DNA of 64,000 nt from Bacteroidales bacterium (GTDB lineage: Bacteria; Bacteroidota; Bacteroidia; Bacteroidales; UBA12077), in assembly GCA_046482855.1 (NCBI GenBank), contig JAWOEH010000202.1:11098-75097 (forward strand). Direction: 5' to 3'. Under the pieces are notes generated by a model. That model was not told where the DNA came from, searched no databases, and worked only from the letters and a program-made list of their open reading frames with translations. Every line of letters begins with the position of its first letter. The stretch's first letter is position 1. Made by a program: the position numbers and the translations under genes. Positions 1 through 9,037 of the stretch are shown one piece after another.

Positions 1-279
1 ACTTATGGCAATACAGTTGCCCCCATCTACTCTTCCCGGAATGGCTATCGGCTTCCCGATTACCACCGAATGGATCTTGCCGTAACCTACACACCCAAAA
101 AGAAAGAAGGACGGCGTTTCCATGGGGAGTGGAACATGTCCATCTACAATCTTTATAACCGAAAGAATGCCTGGTTAATCAACTTCGAACCAGATGAAGA
201 GAATCCGGATGTGTTGTATGCCGAAAAAGTATACCTCTTCCCAATTATTCCTTCTATAAGCTATAATTTCTATTTCTAA
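1..279 (+). CDS. TonB-dependent receptor, C-terminal fragment (5' end lies outside the window)
   Basis: Frame 1 is open from base 1. The tail ...RLPDYHRMDLAVTY...IIPSISYNFYF ends in an aromatic terminal beta-strand typical of TonB-dependent outer-membrane barrels. A DUF4249-like lipoprotein gene follows. Confidence 0.7.
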   Translation, partial: TYGNTVAPIYSSRNGYRLPDYHRMDLAVTYTPKKKEGRRFHGEWNMSIYNLYNRKNAWLINFEPDEENPDVLYAEKVYLFPIIPSISYNFYF

Positions 280-296
280 TTATACAAGTAAGCGCC

Positions 297-1127
297 ATGT
301 ATATATATAAAAAGCCAATCGCCTTTATCATTTTAAGTTTTCTCATGCTAATAAGCTGCACCGAACGCATTGATCTAGAGCTGAACAGCACGGGCGAACA
401 GATTGTAATCGAAGGAGAAATCACCACCGAAGATAAGGCTCAGGAGGTTATTGTTACAAGAAGTGCTCCCTATTTTGCAAACCAAGCTGCCGTACCGGTT
501 CTGGATGCTAAGGTATGGTTATACGAAGGAGATAATAGCTGGCAACTGGACGAACAACGACCCGGGCATTACTACACGCCTAAAATGCAGGGAAAGCCAG
601 GAGCAACCTACCAGCTGGAAGTTATATCAGAGGGAGAAATCTACACGGCCAACTCAACAATGCCTCAGAAAGTAGGTATTGATTCCATCCGATTTCAAAA
701 GGATATATTTAACGACAACGATATGGAGATCCTTCTTTTTGCTCAGGAACCGGGTGAAACCAAAGATTTCTATATGTGGAAATATTACCGTAACCATCGC
801 CTGGAAACCGACACCATAACGGAAGCAATGATTGAACGCGATGATTTAGTAAATGGAAATTACATCGCCTGGATAGGCGTTCTACAGGTTGAGAACTATG
901 AGCTTAACGATACCATAACACTGGAGATGAGCAACATTCCCAAAGAGTACTACTGGTTTCTGGTCAACCTGTTTTCAGAAACCCGTTGGCGAGGAGGGCC
1001 TTTTGATGCTCCACCGGCAAACATTAACGGAAACTTATCCAATGGCGCCCTTGGCTTTTTTACCACACGAGCCATTTCAAGAGAAACACGAGTAATAAAA
1101 CCACCGTATATTTCAAAGCGCCGATAA
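297..1127 (+). CDS. DUF4249-like lipoprotein, partner of the upstream TonB-dependent receptor
   Basis: 276 aa with a lipoprotein signal (FLMLISC). The size and the position immediately after a TBDR gene match the Bacteroidota DUF4249 family. Called from memory of the family, not from a search. Confidence 0.55.
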   Translation: MYIYKKPIAFIILSFLMLISCTERIDLELNSTGEQIVIEGEITTEDKAQEVIVTRSAPYFANQAAVPVLDAKVWLYEGDNSWQLDEQRPGHYYTPKMQGKPGATYQLEVISEGEIYTANSTMPQKVGIDSIRFQKDIFNDNDMEILLFAQEPGETKDFYMWKYYRNHRLETDTITEAMIERDDLVNGNYIAWIGVLQVENYELNDTITLEMSNIPKEYYWFLVNLFSETRWRGGPFDAPPANINGNLSNGALGFFTTRAISRETRVIKPPYISKRR

Positions 1128-1130
1128 AAA

Positions 1131-1182
1131 CTAACGCATAAAAAAGAGGGAGTCATTTTGGCTCCCTCTTTTTATGCGTTAG
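1131..1182. terminator. Bidirectional rho-independent terminator formed by a long inverted repeat
   Basis: The arm ctaacgcataaaaaagagggag (1131-1152) pairs with ctccctctttttatgcgttag (1162-1182) around a 9-nt loop. The GC core agagggag/ctccctct is flanked by A and T runs. It lies between convergent genes. Confidence 0.65.
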
Positions 1183-1189
1183 TATAGTA

Positions 1190-3190
1190 TTATTTCTCTT
1201 CAAACGCCTTTTTCCCAGCATCCAAAAAGTCAACAAAATTTTGCGTTTTTAAATCCATTCCCATGGGTTCAGTCAATTCATTTCCTTCATGATCAATTAA
1301 CACATAGTAAGGTTGCGAATTCATATTATAGTTCGAAATCTGAAAATCAGCGTTTACCTTTCCCATGGTTTTCTTCACTTTCCCATCATATTCGGAAGTT
1401 ACCCACTCCTCTTCAGGGAGCTTTGTTCTATCATCCACATACAGGGCAATGATCACATAATCCTCACGCAATCGCTTTAAGACCTCGGGCTCTGACCAAA
1501 CCTGGTTTTCCATTTTTTTGCAGTTACTACATGAATGTCCTTTAAAATCAAGCAAAACAGGCTTATTCAGTTTTTTTGCACAAGCCATACCCTGTTCGTA
1601 ATCGAAATACCCTTGAAGCCCGTGTGGTAGTTCAAGAAAATCGCCATATTTGGGCTCTTCACACATTGTTTTGCTCTCGGAGCTTCCCCCTACTATAGCT
1701 GTATGTTTGGTAAGATCAAAGTTCTGTGTGGTTTTGGCAGGTACCAATCCCGATACTGCATTCAGGTCTGCACCCAACAATCCGGGAATCAGATAAACAG
1801 CAAAGGTAAATGAGGCGATGGCCAAAATCAAACGCGGTACCGATACATAAGGTAAATCGCTATCGTGCGAAAACTTGATCTTACCTAAAAGATACATGCC
1901 CAACAATGCAAATAGTACAATCCAGATAGCCAGAAATACATCCCGGCTGATGATACCCAGATGATAGGTTTGATCGATATTTGAGAGGAACTTCAAAGAG
2001 AAAGCCAGAATGATAAATCCGAGAACAATTTTTACCGAATTCATCCATCCACCCGATTTAGGTAATCCTTTCAGCCAACTTGGGAAGATCGCGAATAAAG
2101 TAAAGGGCAAAGCAAAAGCCAAACCAAAGCCAAACATACCAATAACAGGCTCCAATACATTTCCGGCTGCGGCTTTTACAAGCAAAGCACCTACAATAGG
2201 TCCTGTACATGAGAAGGAGACAATTACCAAGGTGAAAGCCATGAAGAAAGAGGCAAGATACCCTCCTTTATCCACCTGCTTATCCGCCTTATTCGCAAGC
2301 CCCGAAGGCAACACAATCTCAAACAGGCCAAAGAAACTTGCAGCAAATGCAGCAAACAGTACAAAGAACAACGTATTAGGTAACCAGTGTGTACTAAGTG
2401 TTGTGGTAAGATCGGCCCCCGCACTTGTTAGCGATACAATTAACCCCACAAGGGTATACAAAGCTACTATCGAAAATCCAAAAATCAGCGCTTTCATAAT
2501 GGAATGAAAACGACTCCCCTGGTTGCCCATAAAGAAAGAAACAGTCATCGGTATCATGGGGAATACACAAGGAGTGAGGATTCCGGCTAAGCCTAACACA
2601 AAAGAGAGAAAGAAGAATCCCCACATCGATTTTTCTTCAATGGGCTGTTCGCCCGAGACTTCAGCCTCCCGGGTTACGGTCTCCTTTTCGCTACTTTGCT
2701 GATCCTCTGCTGCTGCAGCAGCAACAGCTACTTCAGCACCTTCAACTCTAACAGTAAAGTCAGGATTAAAATAGACACACTTATCGTCCTGGCATACCTG
2801 ATATTCAATGCTTCCGTTAATCTTAAAATCTTCCTGTGTTAATAATTTAATCTTCTGACGGAAGATAGCCTTATTACTAAAATACTTTACATTCATTTCG
2901 AAAGCCTCATCGAAAACCTCTTCGGGCTCAGGCTCTTCGCTCATTGATCCTACTAATTCAAACTTATCGGATTCTTCAAAATAGAAGGTTGTCCGTACCG
3001 GGCCTCCCTCATCAAAATATTGTGAATAGAGGTGCCATTTAAAGCCTATCTGGGCTTCAAAAACTAATTCGGCAGTTGAGTCTGTCAGTCGACGACTGCT
3101 GTTGTTCCAGGTAACAGGATCCTCGATCTGGGCCTGTACGAACTGGGCCAGGAACATAAATAATAAGAGTAGACTAAATCGTGGCTTCAT
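1190..3190 (-). CDS. dsbD: Protein-disulfide reductase, DsbD family
   Basis: 666 aa with a signal peptide. The N-terminal domain has CQDDKC. The polytopic core has LTPCVFPMIP and SFSCTGP cysteines. The C-terminal thioredoxin fold has CSNC. Confidence 0.85.
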   Translation of the reverse strand: MKPRFSLLLLFMFLAQFVQAQIEDPVTWNNSSRRLTDSTAELVFEAQIGFKWHLYSQYFDEGGPVRTTFYFEESDKFELVGSMSEEPEPEEVFDEAFEMNVKYFSNKAIFRQKIKLLTQEDFKINGSIEYQVCQDDKCVYFNPDFTVRVEGAEVAVAAAAAEDQQSSEKETVTREAEVSGEQPIEEKSMWGFFFLSFVLGLAGILTPCVFPMIPMTVSFFMGNQGSRFHSIMKALIFGFSIVALYTLVGLIVSLTSAGADLTTTLSTHWLPNTLFFVLFAAFAASFFGLFEIVLPSGLANKADKQVDKGGYLASFFMAFTLVIVSFSCTGPIVGALLVKAAAGNVLEPVIGMFGFGLAFALPFTLFAIFPSWLKGLPKSGGWMNSVKIVLGFIILAFSLKFLSNIDQTYHLGIISRDVFLAIWIVLFALLGMYLLGKIKFSHDSDLPYVSVPRLILAIASFTFAVYLIPGLLGADLNAVSGLVPAKTTQNFDLTKHTAIVGGSSESKTMCEEPKYGDFLELPHGLQGYFDYEQGMACAKKLNKPVLLDFKGHSCSNCKKMENQVWSEPEVLKRLREDYVIIALYVDDRTKLPEEEWVTSEYDGKVKKTMGKVNADFQISNYNMNSQPYYVLIDHEGNELTEPMGMDLKTQNFVDFLDAGKKAFEEK

Positions 3191-3347
3191 AATGATCTTC
3201 GTTTTATTTAGGCGCTAAAGTTATAGAAATTTTAATATACCTACAATAATCAATATCTAGATAACTCTATGATTAAGATCATAGACAAAAAAAACTCCAT
3301 TTTGTTAAATGAAGTCCTTCCGATGAAAATTCAATCATATGTAGTGG

Positions 3348-4901
3348 CTACAAATAATCAATGATTTCGCCTTGATTGTCGAAAAATTTATATTCCAGAA
3401 AATCGTAGGACACCATCGGTTTCACATTGATCCAACAACGGTATTTCAGCATCCATTTTAAACGTTTGGAAAATAAACCCTTTTTGATATAGCCGGCAAT
3501 GTAGGGATGAACTTTTAGCGTAATCTTTCGCAAACTATTCCCTTTTAGGTAGGTTGCCAATGTATTCTGAATGTTGTCCACAAATAAAATACTGGGTGTT
3601 ATCTCACCTGTGCCCTGACAAGTGGGGCACTTTTCCAGTGTTTTTATATGCAGTTCAGGACGCACACGTTGGCGGGTGATTTGCATCAACCCAAATTTGG
3701 TAAGGGGTAATATACTATGTTTTGTACGATCATTATTCATGGCCGATTTCATCTTATCGAATACCTTCTGTTTATTTTCAGCGAGGTTCATATCGATAAA
3801 ATCCACCACAATGATGCCCCCCATATCGCGTAAGCGAAGTTGTCGGGCAATTTCTTCGGCAGCAGCCAAGTTTACTTCCAATGCATTACTCTCCTGATCG
3901 ATACCTAATTTCGATCGATTTCCACTATTCACATCAATCACATGCAGTGCCTCGGTATGCTCAATAATCAGGTAAGCTCCATTTTTGAATGAGACCGTTT
4001 TGCCAAAAAGCGTTTTCACTTGTTTGGTTACCCCGTAAAAATCGAAAATAGGCTGTCCCTTATCGTAAAATTTTACAATTTTCTCCTTTTCAGGAGCAAT
4101 GGAACTCATGTAGTCGCGTATTTCCCGATACAAGCTATCATCGTTTATATGAATAGCATTAAAGGATACGTTAAACACGTCGCGCAACATGGCACTGGTA
4201 CGATTGAGCTCGCTCAGGACAACTTTCGGAGCTTTCATCCCCCCCAAACGCTGATAGGTTGATTCCCATTTCCTGACCAAGGATCGTAGTTCGGCATCTA
4301 ATTCGGCCACTTTTTTGCCCTCGGCCACAGTTCGGATGATTACGCCATAATTTTTAGGTTTGATACTTTTCACCAAACTTTTCAGGCGCTTTTTCTCCTC
4401 CAGTGAGCTAAGCTTTTGTGATACGGAGATTTTATCGGAAAAAGGCATTAAGACTAAGTACCTTCCAGCAATAGAAATTTCCGAACCCAAGCGGGGTCCT
4501 TTAGTCGAAATGGGTTCTTTGGCAATTTGCACAAGCACTTGTTGACCAGTACTCAGTACATTCCCAATTTTGCCATTTTTATCGATATCGGGTTCCAACT
4601 TCATGCGTGAAAGTGGCATGCTCTTTCCTTTCCGGGAAATGGCCGATTTCACGTACTTGTTTAGGGATTGAAACTGAGGCCCCAGATCGAGGTAGTGTAG
4701 AAAGGCATCTTTCTGATACCCCACATCAACAAATGCAGCATTCAAACCCGGCATAATGCGTTTGACTTTGCCAAGATAGATATCTCCTACGGTATACTTT
4801 AAATCTCGTTGCTCAGAATTAAGTTCGGTAAGCTGCTTATCTTCAAGCAGAGCAATCTCTATCTCCTCGGTGTTGGCATTTATGACAAGTTCTGTATCCA
4901 C
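3348..4901 (-). CDS. rng: Rne/Rng family ribonuclease (RNase G-like)
   Basis: 517 aa with a GTG start. It has an N-terminal S1-like segment (GDIYLGKVKRIMPGLNAAFVDVG), a catalytic core (IVVDFIDM) and a zinc-link CPTCQGTG. Confidence 0.85.
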   Translation of the reverse strand: MDTELVINANTEEIEIALLEDKQLTELNSEQRDLKYTVGDIYLGKVKRIMPGLNAAFVDVGYQKDAFLHYLDLGPQFQSLNKYVKSAISRKGKSMPLSRMKLEPDIDKNGKIGNVLSTGQQVLVQIAKEPISTKGPRLGSEISIAGRYLVLMPFSDKISVSQKLSSLEEKKRLKSLVKSIKPKNYGVIIRTVAEGKKVAELDAELRSLVRKWESTYQRLGGMKAPKVVLSELNRTSAMLRDVFNVSFNAIHINDDSLYREIRDYMSSIAPEKEKIVKFYDKGQPIFDFYGVTKQVKTLFGKTVSFKNGAYLIIEHTEALHVIDVNSGNRSKLGIDQESNALEVNLAAAEEIARQLRLRDMGGIIVVDFIDMNLAENKQKVFDKMKSAMNNDRTKHSILPLTKFGLMQITRQRVRPELHIKTLEKCPTCQGTGEITPSILFVDNIQNTLATYLKGNSLRKITLKVHPYIAGYIKKGLFSKRLKWMLKYRCWINVKPMVSYDFLEYKFFDNQGEIIDYL

Positions 4902-4923
4902 GATAATTGTTGATCTTAATAAC

Positions 4924-4975
4924 TACAAAAACAATTTAAACCTAAAGAGGATAAGATCCCATTTAGGTTTAAATT
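4924..4975 (-). terminator. Putative rho-independent terminator after hup and the small basic ORF
   Basis: A perfect 14-bp stem pairs aatttaaacctaaa (4933-4946) with tttaggtttaaatt (4962-4975). On the minus strand it is followed by GTTTTTG. The stem is AT-rich, so confidence is moderate. Confidence 0.4.
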
Positions 4976-5003
4976 AGTACCAATAAAGAATAATAGCGCA
5001 AGG

Positions 5004-5096
5004 CTATTTTTTCTTTTTATGTCTATTTTTTCTTAAACGTTTTTTACGTTTATGCGTAGCCATTTTATGGCGCTTTCTTTTTTTTCCGCTAGGCAT
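5004..5096 (-). CDS. 30-aa hyper-basic protein, bS22-like (AURKAIP1/COX24-type small ribosomal protein candidate)
   Basis: Hand translation of the minus strand gives MPSGKKRKRHKMATHKRKKRLRKNRHKKKK followed by a stop. It has an ATG start and lies 25 nt downstream of hup on the same strand. The composition and the KRKxxKM..HKRKKRLRKNR pattern resemble the 30-35 aa bS22 proteins. It is too short for the ORF track. Confidence 0.55.
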   Translation of the reverse strand: MPSGKKRKRHKMATHKRKKRLRKNRHKKKK

Positions 5097-5121
5097 AGTT
5101 CTAGAATTTTATTATGAATAA

Positions 5122-5409
5122 CTATCGTTTTACGTTATCTTTCACCTTAGAGACAAATCGCTTCGAAGGTTTAAACGACGGGATGTAATGCTCAGGAATA
5201 ATAATCGTGGTATTTTTAGAGATATTCCTTGCAGTTTTCTCTGCTCGTTGCTTCACAATGAAGCTACCAAAACCTCGTAAGTATACGTTCTTGTCGTTTA
5301 CTAATGACTCCTTAACAGTCTCCATGAAAGCTTCTACAGTTTTCTGCACTGTCACCTTTTCAATGCCCGTATTCTTCGAAATCTCGTTTACAATATCTGC
5401 TTTAGTCAT
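5122..5409 (-). CDS. hup: HU family DNA-binding protein
   Basis: 95 aa. MTKADIVNEISKNTGIEK...LRGFGSFIVKQRAEKTARNISKNTTIIIPEHYIPSFKPSK is a typical HU/IHF fold sequence. Confidence 0.92.
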   Translation of the reverse strand: MTKADIVNEISKNTGIEKVTVQKTVEAFMETVKESLVNDKNVYLRGFGSFIVKQRAEKTARNISKNTTIIIPEHYIPSFKPSKRFVSKVKDNVKR

Positions 5410-5462
5410 CTTTAAAAACTTTAATTATCAATATTTTACAACCTATTTTCTTTTTGGAATTG

Positions 5463-5470
5463 CAAATATA
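5463..5470 (-). promoter_or_regulatory. Putative Bacteroidota -7 promoter box (TATATTTG) for hup
   Basis: The minus strand reads TATATTTG (TAnnTTTG consensus) about 54 nt upstream of the hup ATG. The same 10-mer TGCAAATATA recurs at 5520-5529. Confidence 0.4.
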
Positions 5471-5504
5471 AAGCATTTCTTCGGAACAAAGAAACTGTTT
5501 GCTT

Positions 5505-5512
5505 TATTTTTG
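5505..5512 (+). promoter_or_regulatory. Putative -7 box (TATTTTTG) for mutY
   Basis: The plus strand reads TATTTTTG, matching TAnnTTTG, 35 nt upstream of the mutY ATG at 5547. Confidence 0.35.
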
Positions 5513-5521
5513 TTGCGGATG

Positions 5522-5529
5522 CAAATATA
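5522..5529 (-). promoter_or_regulatory. Second putative -7 box (TATATTTG) upstream of hup
   Basis: Direct repeat of the 5461-5470 decamer. The minus strand reads TATATTTGCA. Confidence 0.3.
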
Positions 5530-5546
5530 TTTCTTTTCACTGACTT

Positions 5547-6590
5547 ATGAATACAATCGCAAAAAAAATACTGCTCTGGTACAAAAAAAATACCCGTGAC
5601 CTTCCATGGCGTAACACTACTGACCCTTACCACATTTGGATATCGGAGGTAATCTTGCAGCAAACCCGTATTGAACAAGGAACCGCTTATTATCATCGAT
5701 TCCTCAAAACCTTCCCCTCGTTAGCCTCACTCGCCCGGGCAAGCGAGGAGGAGGTACTGAAGCAATGGCAAGGTCTTGGTTACTATAGCCGGGCACGAAA
5801 CTTACACAAAGCAGCTCAACAAGTAATGGCTAACTATAACGGACAACTCCCAAACACCTACGTCGATCTTCTAAAACTCAAAGGAGTAGGACCTTACACT
5901 GCAGGAGCCATTTCTTCGATAGCTTTTAACAAGCCTGCTGTTGCCATCGATGGGAATGTGTATCGTGTGCTAGCCCGCCTGTTTGAAGAGGACACACCCA
6001 TAAATAGCTCAACAGCGTACAAGCGATTTTCCGAACTGGTAAGATCTTTCCTCCCTTCTAGTCAGGCCTCGGCCTTTAACCAAGGACTTATTGAATTGGG
6101 CGCATTGATTTGTAAGCCCATTCCTAATTGCGCCCAATGCCCTCTTCAGGAAAACTGCCTGGCTTTCACGCACAACTCACAACACAAGTATCCGGTAAAA
6201 CATAAGAAGAAAAAAATGACGCACCGTTATTTTTCCTTTCTTGACATTCATTACGGATCCGACACTTTTATTGAACGACGGAGGGAAGGAGATATTTGGC
6301 AAGGGCTTTATCAGTTCCCTTTACTGGAGACATCAACCCGAACAACTTTAGAAAAGCTGATGCAAACTCCCCAGTGGCGCACTTTTTTCCCACCCTCTGG
6401 CACATTGAAGATAAGCAGTAGTAAGGAATTTAAGCATCAATTAAGCCATCAATTGCTACATGCAAAATTTTACCATATAACACTTAGCACTCCGTCCCAA
6501 CACCTACTAAATAAATTTACTCAAATTAATCGTGCGCAATTAGCTGACATAGCAATCCCTCGACTTATCGAAAAGTATTTACTTGAATAA
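5547..6590 (+). CDS. mutY: A/G-specific adenine DNA glycosylase
   Basis: 347 aa. It has an HhH-GPD region (LKGVGPYTAGAISSIAF), a 4Fe-4S loop (CKPIPNCAQCPLQENC) and a C-terminal NUDIX-like domain. Confidence 0.9.
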   Translation: MNTIAKKILLWYKKNTRDLPWRNTTDPYHIWISEVILQQTRIEQGTAYYHRFLKTFPSLASLARASEEEVLKQWQGLGYYSRARNLHKAAQQVMANYNGQLPNTYVDLLKLKGVGPYTAGAISSIAFNKPAVAIDGNVYRVLARLFEEDTPINSSTAYKRFSELVRSFLPSSQASAFNQGLIELGALICKPIPNCAQCPLQENCLAFTHNSQHKYPVKHKKKKMTHRYFSFLDIHYGSDTFIERRREGDIWQGLYQFPLLETSTRTTLEKLMQTPQWRTFFPPSGTLKISSSKEFKHQLSHQLLHAKFYHITLSTPSQHLLNKFTQINRAQLADIAIPRLIEKYLLE

Positions 6591-6659
6591 AACACCTATG
6601 TTTTTCCTGCAATTTTTTGTACCTTTACCGTTGCGCTAATCAATAAAACAGTTAAAACT

Positions 6660-7097
6660 ATGGGAGTAAACAAAGTAATCCTAGTTGGAAATGTTGGCAA
6701 AGATCCGGAAGTCCGGCATCTTGACAACGATCTTGTGGTGGCAAATTTCACTTTGGCTACAAGCGAAACCTTCAAACGAAACGGCGAAAAAATCACGAAC
6801 ACCGAGTGGCACAACATCACCCTTTGGCGTGGCTTAGCCCAGGTTGCCGAAAACTATGTAAAAAAAGGATCGCAACTCTATATCGAGGGTCGTATCCGAA
6901 CCCGATCCTATGACGACAAAGATGGCAACAAACGCTATATAACAGAGATTATCGGTGATAATATGCAGATGCTCGATCGCAAAAGTGACCATTCCGGCGG
7001 GGATAACAGCAATTACAACAAACCCACACGTGAATCGGCTCCAGAGGTGAATGAAGCAACCGATGCAGGGCAGGAAGTGGATGACTTGCCGTTTTAA
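6660..7097 (+). CDS. ssb: Single-stranded DNA-binding protein
   Basis: 145 aa. It has an OB-fold N-terminus (MGVNKVILVGNVGKDPEVR...TEWHNI) and an acidic tail ending DDLPF. Confidence 0.95.
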   Translation: MGVNKVILVGNVGKDPEVRHLDNDLVVANFTLATSETFKRNGEKITNTEWHNITLWRGLAQVAENYVKKGSQLYIEGRIRTRSYDDKDGNKRYITEIIGDNMQMLDRKSDHSGGDNSNYNKPTRESAPEVNEATDAGQEVDDLPF

Positions 7098-7120
7098 CGT
7101 ATCATTTAAACCCATTAACT

Positions 7121-8437
7121 TTGGAAACAGTAGAACCTTTTCAGATGTTACTTCCTATTTTGGCAATAACATTTAAACCATTCTCAGTTAGCCTACTCGT
7201 CTATTTAGCAACTATTATTATCCTCATAACGCTTTCGGCTCTTACATCAGGAGCCGAAAGTGCTTATTTTATGCTCCAGGGCGAAACCATTAAACAATTA
7301 CAGAAAACAAAAGATTGGCGAAGCCGCCAGATCATTGAATTCCTGAAAGCTCCGCAAGAATTACTTGCCTCCATAATCGTGGCAAACAACTTCTTCAATA
7401 TTGCGTTCATTATCTTTACCAGTCTATTTTTAAATCAATTTCTGGAACTCACCGACAATCCTGCTGGTGGCTTTCTATTGCAAGCGGGCATCATGGCTTT
7501 TGTTTTACTGTTATTTGGGGAATTATTACCCAAATTCCATGCACGTAAACATCCGCTAAAAATTTCGCGCCGCGCAACCCCTTATATTTTTGTCTTTAAA
7601 AAGATCTTTGCTCCATTTAGCGCCTTCCTCATGGCAACAACAAAAGTTGTAAGCCGAAAATTTGCCAACATTAAGCAGAATATTACTATCGACGATCTTT
7701 CCAATGCATTAAACCTTACCAGCCATCAGATAGCTGAGGATGAGAATATTTTAAAAGGGATTGTGAAATTCGGAAATATCGATGCAAAAGAGATTATGCG
7801 TTCTCGTGTAGACGTAGTTGCCATCGAAAACACCCTGCAATTTGATGAACTCATGGAACTCATCATTGAATCGGGGCACTCCCGCATTCCTGTTTACGAG
7901 GACTCATTCGACAATGTAAAAGGGATTTTATACATTAAAGATCTGTTGCCTCATTTGGGAGAATCGCCCGATTTCCAATGGCAATCATTGCTTCGTGCAC
8001 CCTACTTTGTGCCGGAAAATAAAAAAATTAACGACCTGCTAAAGGAATTCCAAACCAACCAAATTCACATGGCCATTGTTATTGATGAGTATGGAGGAAC
8101 CAAAGGCATTGTAACATTGGAAGATATTCTGGAGGAGATTGTTGGTGAAATTGCCGATGAGTCAGACGAGGACGAAGTTATCTACTCTCAGGTAAATGAA
8201 CACACCTACCTTTTTGAAGGGAAAACCTTACTTAACGACTTTCGGAAAATCCTGGAACTTGAAGATGAGTATTTTGAAGAGATCAAAGGAGATGCAGATA
8301 CGATAGCTGGCTTAATTCTTGAAATAAAAGGAGAAATTCCACGAAAGAACCAATCGATTCAGTACAAAAACCTGACCTTTACCATCGAGGCGGTTGATAA
8401 ACGAAGGATTAAGCGCATACGCGTGTTGATAAACTAG
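7121..8437 (+). CDS. gldE: Gliding motility-associated protein GldE (DUF21/CNNM membrane domain, CBS pair, CorC_HlyC domain)
   Basis: 438 aa with N-terminal TM helices, a CBS pair and a C-terminal transporter-associated domain. It lies between ssb and a GldD-like lipoprotein gene. The ORF opens with TTG at 7121, and an in-frame ATG at 7145 is an alternative start. Confidence 0.75.
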   Translation: METVEPFQMLLPILAITFKPFSVSLLVYLATIIILITLSALTSGAESAYFMLQGETIKQLQKTKDWRSRQIIEFLKAPQELLASIIVANNFFNIAFIIFTSLFLNQFLELTDNPAGGFLLQAGIMAFVLLLFGELLPKFHARKHPLKISRRATPYIFVFKKIFAPFSAFLMATTKVVSRKFANIKQNITIDDLSNALNLTSHQIAEDENILKGIVKFGNIDAKEIMRSRVDVVAIENTLQFDELMELIIESGHSRIPVYEDSFDNVKGILYIKDLLPHLGESPDFQWQSLLRAPYFVPENKKINDLLKEFQTNQIHMAIVIDEYGGTKGIVTLEDILEEIVGEIADESDEDEVIYSQVNEHTYLFEGKTLLNDFRKILELEDEYFEEIKGDADTIAGLILEIKGEIPRKNQSIQYKNLTFTIEAVDKRRIKRIRVLIN

Positions 8438-8445
8438 AGCAAACA

Positions 8446-9036
8446 ATGATGCAAAAAAAGCCCATTCAGCCAGCTATTTTGCTGGCTTTCATCATATCCC
8501 TTCTTCTGTCGGGGTGCAAAGAAGAAACCTCGCCTCGACCGAGAGGGTATTTTCGTATTGATATGCCTGAAAAAAGCTATCAGAACTACGAAACAGAGAG
8601 TTGCCCATTTACTTTTAGGTACCCCGGTTACACTGAGATCGAAAAAGTTCCCAATCATGAAAACAAGCCCTGTTGGTTTAACCTTACAACACCCGACCTC
8701 AGTGCCACTATTCACATAAGTTATACAAGCATAGATAATAATATTGCTGAGCTAATTGAGGATAGCAGAACGTTGGCATACAAACATGCCATTAAAGCCG
8801 AAGCCATTCAGGAAAAACGATTCATAAACCCCGAAGCACAAGTATATGCATTAAAATATGAGCTAAAAGGAAATACTGCCTCATCGGTTCAATTTTTTAT
8901 CACCGATAGCACCCACCATTTTATGCGAGGGGCCCTTTATTTTAGAGCTGAGCCGAACAAAGATTCTCTGGCTCCGCTTATACAGTTTTTTGACGCCGAT
9001 ATTGACACCCTTATCGAATCCTTTAATTGGAGGTAA
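8446..9036 (+). CDS. gldD: Gliding motility lipoprotein GldD
   Basis: 196 aa with a lipobox (LLSGC). The PRPRGYFRIDMP motif after the lipobox and the position directly downstream of gldE fit GldD. Confidence 0.65.
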   Translation: MMQKKPIQPAILLAFIISLLLSGCKEETSPRPRGYFRIDMPEKSYQNYETESCPFTFRYPGYTEIEKVPNHENKPCWFNLTTPDLSATIHISYTSIDNNIAELIEDSRTLAYKHAIKAEAIQEKRFINPEAQVYALKYELKGNTASSVQFFITDSTHHFMRGALYFRAEPNKDSLAPLIQFFDADIDTLIESFNWR

Positions 9037-9037
9037 C

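Noticed and set aside
2010-2507. 165-aa plus-strand ORF antisense to dsbD
   Set aside because: It lies entirely inside a well-supported gene on the opposite strand, and its composition mirrors the TM-helix codons. The same reasoning applies to 32096..32686 (in ubiD), 53189..53701 (in the EF-G paralog), 57064..57657 (in the helicase), 24409..24789 (in the kinase), 17644..18045 (in tktC) and the many short antisense ORFs in the ribosomal cluster.
3191-3347. Terminator after rng (7-bp hairpin ctatgat-taag-atcatag with an adjacent A8 run)
   Set aside because: On the minus strand the T-run precedes the hairpin rather than following it. It therefore does not fit an intrinsic terminator for rng.
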